From NCBI GenBank assembly GCA_028279805.1, contig JANQMZ010000007.1:60001-92000 (forward strand): a stretch of DNA of 32,000 nt, written 5' to 3'. This DNA is from an archaeon. Its GTDB lineage: Archaea; Iainarchaeota; Iainarchaeia; Iainarchaeales; JANQMZ01. The notes below the pieces were generated by a model. That model did no database searches and was not told the DNA's origin. It saw nothing but the letters and a program-made list of their open reading frames with translations. This document shows positions 25,478 to 32,000 of the stretch, in pieces (the stretch's first letter is position 1; the number at the start of each line of letters is the position of its first letter). The position numbers were made by a program, and so were the translations under genes.

Positions 25478-27138
25478 TTGGACATTTTGTAAACTTTTAT
25501 TCCGTTTTCTTGAAACAAAATCTGTTCATTTAACTCAGAACAATTTGTTAGAAAATAGTCAGCATCTTTTTGTGAATATTTTAACACTTCTTTGCCTTTA
25601 TTGTCAAATATTTTTCTCTGCCCGTTTTCATATTTGAAATTAGCAGCCCATGAGAACTGAAAAATTTTTGGAAACTGTATTAATCTGCTCCTGTTTTCTC
25701 CAGAATCAGGTACGTCAAAAAAAGAATTGTATGGAAAGGGTTGATAGTCATATTTTGGAAGTTTTGTAAAGCATTCATCTATTCCTAAAACAAATTCTCC
25801 CGGTAATGAATTTATTTTTTCGCCAATTGAATAAAAGCCAACCGGAAAAGTTGGCTGATTTTTTATTACAGGCGTATAACCTGTAAAGTAAATAAAATGC
25901 CAGAATAACAATCCGAAAACAAGCAATGTTGCAATTGTTTTAACCGGTTTTTTCATTGTGTTTATTTTTTCAGAAATTTGTGTAAAACCAATTGCAGCGA
26001 TTATTGAAAGGGGAACAATTGCGAGGTAAAAATATTTTACGGACATGTAAAGCTGATGAATCTGAACTGGAAAATTGTTTGTAAACATGTTTAAAAAGAA
26101 TCGTGCGAACACTGAGAAAATCATCAAGGCAAATGCTCCGAAAAATAATAATAATTTTGAATTGTTTTCCTGTTTTTTGTTTTTAAAAATGTAAATTATT
26201 CCGGGGATTGCAAGAAGAAAAACGGCAAGTGAAAAAGGGTTTGGCGTAAAAATGCCTCCTCTTATTAATCCTCCTTCCGCTATATAAGTTGCATAATGAA
26301 TTGCTAATCCGAAAACCTGCGGAATAACGCTTAAAAGAGCTAAAAATGGCAGTATAAAAATTTTGAAATTTTTTTGTTTTAAAAAATTGAATGCTAAAAA
26401 AATTGTGAAAATCAGAAAAGCGTGAGGGTAAGCTGTTAATCCTATTAGTGATAAAAAGTATGGTTTTTTTTCTTTTGTTGAATAAAAATAAAAACCGCTT
26501 ATTAAAAAAAGCATTGTGAAAACCTGTGGTAAATGCCCTGCAAGTAAAACCCATAGGCTTGTAATTGTAAACGCAAAAATGAATGAACTGATTATTGCTG
26601 TTTTTTCATTGTAAAATTTTTTTGCAAACAAAAAAACTCCTATTGTTGTAAAAATGAGCAAAAGAATTGGCAAAATAGTATTAATCATGTAAGCGTTTCC
26701 GATTATTGAATGAATTGAGGATGTTGTTGCATAATAATTCTGAGGATAACTGTGATCCAGATTAAAAGGAAAACTTTCTTCTGCTGATAAAAAACCATTT
26801 TCTTCTGTTACAATATTGTGATTTGCAGATGTTAATCTTGTGTGTTTAGAATGGTTCATTAAATCTGAAGCGGTTACCGGAAAAATAAAATTTGGAAAAA
26901 TAACATACAAAAAAAGCAGAACAAATACTCCTATTATTAATGCAAAAATTGTTTGTGTTTTTGGTGTAATTGTTTCTTTTTTTGTTTTTTTTAATATAAA
27001 TCCTGTGATTATTCCTGAAATCAAAATATTTGCAACAGTAGTATAAGAATAAATCATTCCCAGATATCCCAGCCATAATGCTATCAGTGAAAATATTGCC
27101 AGAAATGACACAAATCCTGTGAACACTTTTTTTATCAT
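25474..27138 (-). CDS. Polytopic membrane protein with a C-terminal soluble domain; possible GT-C-like glycosyltransferase or glycan polymerase
   Basis: 554-aa ORF. There are at least 10 hydrophobic spans over residues 1-420, followed by a roughly 130-aa hydrophilic tail. I see no WWDxG (AglB/STT3) motif. It is translationally coupled (ATGA) to the Wzx-like gene. Confidence 0.35.
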   Translation of the reverse strand: MIKKVFTGFVSFLAIFSLIALWLGYLGMIYSYTTVANILISGIITGFILKKTKKETITPKTQTIFALIIGVFVLLFLYVIFPNFIFPVTASDLMNHSKHTRLTSANHNIVTEENGFLSAEESFPFNLDHSYPQNYYATTSSIHSIIGNAYMINTILPILLLIFTTIGVFLFAKKFYNEKTAIISSFIFAFTITSLWVLLAGHLPQVFTMLFLISGFYFYSTKEKKPYFLSLIGLTAYPHAFLIFTIFLAFNFLKQKNFKIFILPFLALLSVIPQVFGLAIHYATYIAEGGLIRGGIFTPNPFSLAVFLLAIPGIIYIFKNKKQENNSKLLLFFGAFALMIFSVFARFFLNMFTNNFPVQIHQLYMSVKYFYLAIVPLSIIAAIGFTQISEKINTMKKPVKTIATLLVFGLLFWHFIYFTGYTPVIKNQPTFPVGFYSIGEKINSLPGEFVLGIDECFTKLPKYDYQPFPYNSFFDVPDSGENRSRLIQFPKIFQFSWAANFKYENGQRKIFDNKGKEVLKYSQKDADYFLTNCSELNEQILFQENGIKVYKMSN

Positions 27139-28436
27139 TTTATCTTCCTAATAACAAGTTTTTTTGCATTGTCATAAAAAAATATTATGTCTTTTAATCT
27201 TGGAATTATTTGGACCGGCGCATCTATTTTATTTGCTTTATGCAGGAAAAATGCAAATCTTGCTGAAGCTGCGAGTGTTTGTGTTATAATGTAACCGTTT
27301 AACCCGAGCATTGGCACTAAAATTATTCCTGTAAAAGCTGTTGTTCCAAGCGTTATTCCGAATCCTTTTGAAATCACATCAGTCATTTTAAAAGATTTAA
27401 ACATGGTTGTCATAAACGTGTCAAGTTTTGACAAATGAAACAATATGAATAAGGGAAAAATGCTTGCAGCATCAGTAAACTGCGGAAACAAAACTGTAAG
27501 AAGAGTGTGTCCTATTATAACCAGAAAAATTCCTACTCCTATTGTATAAATTGTTGAAAATTTTATGCTTAGGGAAACAAAGTTTGCCATTGATTGTTTT
27601 TCAGTGTCTCTTTCAGAAATATATGGAATTAAAACATTTGAAAGAGATTCTCTTGTTCCGCCGATTGCATGTGTGAAAAGCTTTTCTGTTAAATAATAAA
27701 GCCCTATTGCAAAATTTCCTACAAACATTCCCAAATAAACAAGCCTTAACTGCCTGTTTAATGCTTTAAATAAATTTGTTGGTATCAGCCATGAACCGAA
27801 TTTTTTAACCTGCTCCATTGAAATTTTTTGCCCTTTTTGTTTTTCTTTAGAGTAAAAAAATGTTAGCAGAATAAATCCTGTTATTGAAAAAATATTTGCA
27901 TATATTACTCCGGCCATTCCCACCTGAAACTGGATAACAAGAAGGTATGCTATTCCAAGATTTAAAATATTTTCAAATGACAACGCTTTCAGTATTTTTC
28001 CGAATTTTTTTAAACCGCTTAAAAAAGCACGATAACTCTGGTAAAGCGGGGTTAATATAACCAAAACTGCCGCAGTTCTGAACAAATCCAGTCCTTCTTT
28101 TCCTATAAAAGTTAAAATGTTTTCAGCAAAAACAAATAATACAACAAAAAGAAGAATTGCCAGAATCATTTCATATTTTAATATTTGGTTTAAAAATTTT
28201 TTCGATTTTGCTTTTGGTGTGTAAAATTCTATTATGTCAAAAAAAACAGGCAACCCAATTAATGGCAATAATCCTGTAACAAATGCAATAAAATATAAAA
28301 CTAATCCGTAATCGCTTGGCCCTAAAGCGTTTGCTATCAGGTAAACAAAAACAATTCCGGATAATGTTAAAACTATTTTTGAACCGTATAAATAAAAAAA
28401 GTTTTTTATAAATTCCCCGATTGTTTTTCCGCTCAT
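27135..28436 (-). CDS. Wzx/RfbX-like MOP-superfamily polysaccharide flippase
   Basis: 433-aa ORF. The N-terminus IKNFFYLYGSKIVLTLSGIVFVYLIANALGPSDYGLV is typical of Wzx-type proteins. About 12 hydrophobic spans. Confidence 0.7.
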   Translation of the reverse strand: MSGKTIGEFIKNFFYLYGSKIVLTLSGIVFVYLIANALGPSDYGLVLYFIAFVTGLLPLIGLPVFFDIIEFYTPKAKSKKFLNQILKYEMILAILLFVVLFVFAENILTFIGKEGLDLFRTAAVLVILTPLYQSYRAFLSGLKKFGKILKALSFENILNLGIAYLLVIQFQVGMAGVIYANIFSITGFILLTFFYSKEKQKGQKISMEQVKKFGSWLIPTNLFKALNRQLRLVYLGMFVGNFAIGLYYLTEKLFTHAIGGTRESLSNVLIPYISERDTEKQSMANFVSLSIKFSTIYTIGVGIFLVIIGHTLLTVLFPQFTDAASIFPLFILFHLSKLDTFMTTMFKSFKMTDVISKGFGITLGTTAFTGIILVPMLGLNGYIITQTLAASARFAFFLHKANKIDAPVQIIPRLKDIIFFYDNAKKLVIRKIK

Positions 28437-28440
28437 TTTT

Positions 28441-30042
28441 TTACCCCAGATAACCCAAGCCTTTTAACCTGTTCTGAAGAGCTTCCTGTTGTTTTTGTGA
28501 TAAATCAATTTCTTTTTTTTCTTTTAATTTGTAGTCTTTTGTTTCAATTTTTTGTTTTTTAAACTCATCTTCAAATGCTTCTGAAATAATCTGTCCGTCC
28601 ATGTTTTTTTCAATTTTTAAATTCATTAAAAACAAAATTGTGGGAGCGATGTCCACAAGTTTTTTTCTTTCAAGTTCAATTTCTTTTTTTATTTTTGGTC
28701 CGTGCATTGTAAAAATTCCGACCTGCCTATGATCTCCTGAAGTTGTAACGGATTCTGTTACAATTTTGTTTGTTGTTTCAAAAGCGGATGAAATCATGTC
28801 ACTTTCGTTTGCTGGAACCACATACAAATCGGGAGCATCTTCAAGGCTTTTTCCGGAATAAACTTGTTCTTTTTCAAAAACCGTTTTAATCAGCTTTTCA
28901 CCGGTTTTGGGGTCTTTTAAGCTTAAAAGCTCTTTTTTTAATTTTTTTCTTATCTCGCTGTAATTGTTTTCATTTACCGGCCCTTCTTTGTTTAAAAAAA
29001 GTTGTCCCATGTGCCTCATAAAATATGCCTGTGTGTTTTTCCAGTCAACATTTTCAAATGACAAAAAACTTTGCTGTTTTATTTTTTCTCTTGCCTGTGC
29101 CGGAACTTTTTTTATTAAAAAATCAATTTTGAAAAATTTTAAAATTTTTATAACATTTTCAATTGTAAATCCTTTTTTTCTCATTGCAAGTTTTGCCTGG
29201 TTTTTCATTTTTAAATATCCTTTTTCTATTAACCAGTTGTTTAAATACATTAACCTGTAATTTGCTCCGAAACCATGGTCTGATAAAATAATAACATGGT
29301 CAAATTCGTTTTCATGTTTTTTTATAAAATTTCCCATAAGTTCATCTATTTTTGAATAAAAATTTGGTATAAAATTTTTAAATTCATCATCCTCTTTTGT
29401 ATGATTTGGATGTTTTTCATCATAATGTTTCCAGAAATTATGCTGAAAAGGATCTGTTGAGTGAACCATTACAAAAAAGAAATCCGGTTTGTGTTTTTCA
29501 ATTAATTTTGTTGCATAATCCAAACGTGTTTTTTCAACATTAACCGCTTCTTTAAAAAATTCTTCTTCTTTTCCTTTTTTAAACTGGGAACATTTGATTT
29601 TATATTCTCCCAATTCTTTTTCAAAATCCTGAATTAAATTTTTGGGATAAAATTCTGCTTTTTTGCTGGGAGTCAAAAGGCCTGTTACAACAAAACCGTT
29701 AACCTTTGCAGGCGGGTATGTCAGGGGAACATTCATTATTCCCACTTTTTTTTCTTCCTGACTCAATATTTCCTGTAATGTGATTGACTTTATGTAAGTT
29801 GAGTTTACTTTTTTTTCACCGTCTTTTCTTGAAAAATCAAAAATTCCGTGTTTTCCCGGATTGCATCCTGTTTGAAAAGTTGTCCAAGCAGCACTTGTTA
29901 TTGGCGGAATGCATGATTCCAGTTCACATTTTACCCCTTTTTTGAAAAATTTTTCCATATTTGGCAACAAGCCTTTTTTTATTGCAGGTTTTACAACATC
30001 AAAAGTCCAGGCATCCAGCCCGATAACCATTACTTTTCCCAT
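28441..30042 (-). CDS. Alkaline-phosphatase-superfamily protein, type I phosphodiesterase/nucleotide pyrophosphatase-like (AlkP3), C-terminal RLKGLGYLG tail
   Basis: 533-aa ORF. MGKVMVIGLDAWTF at the N-terminus. Nucleophile region PPITSAAWTTFQTG. Motifs DPFQHNFW and ILSDHGF. A K/E-rich linker precedes ...QNRLKGLGYLG at the C-terminus. Confidence 0.8.
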   Translation of the reverse strand: MGKVMVIGLDAWTFDVVKPAIKKGLLPNMEKFFKKGVKCELESCIPPITSAAWTTFQTGCNPGKHGIFDFSRKDGEKKVNSTYIKSITLQEILSQEEKKVGIMNVPLTYPPAKVNGFVVTGLLTPSKKAEFYPKNLIQDFEKELGEYKIKCSQFKKGKEEEFFKEAVNVEKTRLDYATKLIEKHKPDFFFVMVHSTDPFQHNFWKHYDEKHPNHTKEDDEFKNFIPNFYSKIDELMGNFIKKHENEFDHVIILSDHGFGANYRLMYLNNWLIEKGYLKMKNQAKLAMRKKGFTIENVIKILKFFKIDFLIKKVPAQAREKIKQQSFLSFENVDWKNTQAYFMRHMGQLFLNKEGPVNENNYSEIRKKLKKELLSLKDPKTGEKLIKTVFEKEQVYSGKSLEDAPDLYVVPANESDMISSAFETTNKIVTESVTTSGDHRQVGIFTMHGPKIKKEIELERKKLVDIAPTILFLMNLKIEKNMDGQIISEAFEDEFKKQKIETKDYKLKEKKEIDLSQKQQEALQNRLKGLGYLG

Positions 30043-30128
30043 TTTAACGCCTTTTTTTTATGTTTTTGTATAAATTCTTTGTTTTTTGGTTTAACAATTT
30101 TTGGGTACAACTTTAAACAGGCTTTTTC

Positions 30129-31496
30129 TTAAAGATAACCCATTCCTTTCATCTGTTCTTTTGTTTTATCAGTAATTTCAACTTGTATTTCTTTATCAGG
30201 CAGCTTGTTATTTTTAATCAAATCATTAATCATTTTTTCAAATTCTGCAACTTTTTCAGGTTTTTCAGCTGCAAGATTTTTTAATTCACCCGGATCTTGT
30301 TTTAAATTAAAAAGTTTTACATCTTGTGTTACAGTTTTTGTTAATTTTTTTTCCTTTGACAAATTAAAAAACTGTTTAACATACCCAAAAATGTTTTTTA
30401 TAAACTTTAACGAAAAAACTTTTTTTGCTTCAAAATATTTTTTAATATACTTCCATTCATTTGTTCTCACAGAACGCATTAACTTAAAATGCTGCTGAAA
30501 TTCTGTTATGCCAACCAAGTCAAATTCTTTTTCTCCTCGAATCATCGGCATTAAATTTTTTCCGTGAAATTTTGTTTTTTCTTTTATTTCTGTTAAACTT
30601 AAAACAGTGGGCAGCAAATCAATATGCCTCACCAACGGCTTTATTTTTTTCCCGGCCGGAATCAAACCAGGGCATCTTATTATTATAGGAACTTTTACAA
30701 CCTCATCAAACATATACCATAACCCGTGTCCCAACTGCTTGCTTTCTTCTTTCCTGTCAAATAATATTTCACCATTATCTGATGTGATTATGACAATTGT
30801 GTTGTCAAGCAGATTCATTTTTTTTAATTCTTCAAATAAAATTTTTAATTTTTCATCAGCATCTTTTATTCCCGCATCATATAAATCTTTTAATGCTTCA
30901 ATATCCTCCTTTGAAAACATTCCCTTGCTTGCAAATTCCTTTAATTTCGGAATGTCCGTTGCAGCTGTTTTTCTGTACCTGTTTTTTAAAGTTTTTTTTG
31001 ACAAATATTTTTCAGGCGGATCAAAAGGATAATGAATATCAAAACAGTGAACAAAAGCAAACCATTTTTCATTTTTATGCTGTTTAACCCATTCCAAAAA
31101 CTGTTCTGTTTTAATGTCAAGATTTCTTCCCTCATCATTGTAAACATCAAATCCTCGCTCCCATCCGAAATCTTTAGCCATTATTACTCCGCCAGTAAAA
31201 GCACCTGTTTTGTATCCTGCGTTTTTCATCATTTCAGCCCAGGTTTTATATTTTGGTAAAAGATAAAAATTTTTTTTATCCGCAGTATGCATAAAAGCGT
31301 TTAAACCGGTAAACAAAGCCATATGTGCCGGAGCAGTCCAGTTTCCCTGTGTTATCGCTGTTTCAAACAATGTTCCCTGTGAGGCAATTTTATCAATAAA
31401 AGGAGTTGTTTTTTTATGGTAACCATAACAACCCATATGATTCTGCCTTAAAGAATCAAGCAAAATTACTAACACATTTTTAGCCATTTTTTTCAC
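30129..31496 (-). CDS. Sulfatase-fold (AlkP superfamily) protein lacking the C/S-x-P-x-R signature; probably not a true sulfatase
   Basis: 455-aa ORF from a GTG at 31496. An alternative start is the ATG at 31487 (MAKNVLVILLDSLR). The sulfatase-like core includes ITSDNGE. The signature position reads T-A-P-A-H-MALFTG (31305-31337). The C-terminus is ...KEQMKGMGYL. Confidence 0.75.
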   Translation of the reverse strand: MKKMAKNVLVILLDSLRQNHMGCYGYHKKTTPFIDKIASQGTLFETAITQGNWTAPAHMALFTGLNAFMHTADKKNFYLLPKYKTWAEMMKNAGYKTGAFTGGVIMAKDFGWERGFDVYNDEGRNLDIKTEQFLEWVKQHKNEKWFAFVHCFDIHYPFDPPEKYLSKKTLKNRYRKTAATDIPKLKEFASKGMFSKEDIEALKDLYDAGIKDADEKLKILFEELKKMNLLDNTIVIITSDNGEILFDRKEESKQLGHGLWYMFDEVVKVPIIIRCPGLIPAGKKIKPLVRHIDLLPTVLSLTEIKEKTKFHGKNLMPMIRGEKEFDLVGITEFQQHFKLMRSVRTNEWKYIKKYFEAKKVFSLKFIKNIFGYVKQFFNLSKEKKLTKTVTQDVKLFNLKQDPGELKNLAAEKPEKVAEFEKMINDLIKNNKLPDKEIQVEITDKTKEQMKGMGYL

Positions 31497-31615
31497 AATA
31501 CACTATTTTTCAAAGACACCTTTTTTAAGTGTTCTTTTAGCGTTTTTTTGTTATTGCACCAAAAAGCTATTTATATTCAAAAAAGCATTTATTTGAGTTT
31601 TAAACTGTTTTAAGG

Positions 31616-32000
31616 TGTTTTTTTATAAAAGTTCAGATTATTTTTAACGCATTTCCACCTCAAATTGTGGGAGGCTCAATCCGCGCCTATTCTTTCTGCA
31701 AATATTTAACAAAACTGGGACATGAAGTTTTTCTTGTTACAAAAAAACAATCCGAAAAAGATTTGAAAGATTTTCCAATTCCAAAAAACTGTCACATTAC
31801 CAGAACAACAGGCAAAATGCTTTCATTCATTTTTCCGGGAGCAGGCTATGTTCCTTTTTTTTTGTTTAACTCGCCTGTGCTGAACAAAAAAAACAAAATT
31901 GATTTAATTCACGGTTCCTCACCAACAATCGGTTCTGCTTTAACAGCTTTTTTGCTTAAAAAAATAACAAAAAAACCTTTTGTTATGGGAATTCGTGACC
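31616..32000 (+). CDS. GT4-family glycosyltransferase, N-terminal fragment (runs off the window)
   Basis: The open frame runs from the TAA at 31601 to the window end. The only plausible start is GTG at 31616. Translation: ..IIFNAFPPQIVGGSIRAYSFCKYLTKLGHEVFLVT...IDLIHGSSP, the typical GT4 N-terminal domain. It is not in the ORF track because no stop is reached. Confidence 0.6.

Noticed and set aside
30129-31496. Calling this protein an arylsulfatase
   Set aside because: The C/S-x-P-x-R formylglycine motif is replaced by T-A-P-A-H, and no maturase gene is nearby. I annotate it only as sulfatase-fold / AlkP superfamily.
1-32000. Mobile element, prophage or defence island
   Set aside because: I see no integrase, transposase, recombinase, terminal inverted repeat, tRNA target or recognisable defence genes (restriction-modification, CRISPR-Cas, toxin-antitoxin beyond a lone RHH). 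The composition is uniform apart from the 19.3-kb spacer.

Overview
The window is very AT-rich (roughly 30% G+C by eye) and extremely gene-dense. I call about 31 CDS, all with the standard code. Several same-strand neighbours overlap by 1 or 4 nt, and three convergent gene pairs overlap at their stop codons. I found no rRNA, tRNA, CRISPR array, transposase, integrase or long terminal repeat.

Most of the window is a cell-surface glycan biosynthesis island:
- two extended SDR sugar-nucleotide enzymes (147-1124, 7569-8528)
- four GT4 glycosyltransferases (one partial at the window end) and one GT2
- a WecB-type UDP-GlcNAc 2-epimerase
- a WbpD/WbpE/WbpB-like operon (acetyltransferase, aminotransferase, oxidoreductase) for 2,3-diacetamido sugars
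- two SAM methyltransferases, a second hexapeptide acyltransferase and a second DegT-like aminotransferase
- a FemAB-like transferase and two divergent CE4-like (polysaccharide deacetylase-like) proteins
- a UPF0104 'flippase-like' membrane protein, a Wzx-type flippase and a 554-aa polytopic membrane protein

Inserted in the island is an operon led by a ribbon-helix-helix gene (19477-25477). It encodes an alkaline-phosphatase (AlkP)-superfamily enzyme, a 39-aa Lys-rich micro-ORF that is not in the ORF track, a Pol-beta-type nucleotidyltransferase, an archaeal-type prolyl-tRNA synthetase and a second AlkP-family enzyme. A third AlkP paralogue and a sulfatase-fold protein lacking the C/S-x-P-x-R signature sit just downstream on the minus strand.

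The most unusual observations are:
1. Four cytoplasmic, Thr-nucleophile AlkP-superfamily paralogues are present. Two end in a shared C-terminal K-x-x-G-Y-[IL] tail, and a third has that tail encoded as a separate micro-ORF.
2. A minus-strand operon links a FemAB-like gene, a CE4-like gene, a DegT-like gene and a UPF0104 gene, with a second CE4-like gene converging on its end.
3. A GC-rich, strongly self-complementary 137-nt spacer element lies at 19262-19398.
4. Two divergent promoter spacers are mirror-symmetric, each built around one palindromic TATA-like element.

A TATA-like element about 30 nt upstream of several operon-leading ATGs, T-tract rather than hairpin termination, and a COG1665-like nucleotidyltransferase make me lean towards a small-genome DPANN-like archaeon. 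A CPR bacterium cannot be excluded from this window. All functional calls rest on motifs I recognised by eye. No database search was run.
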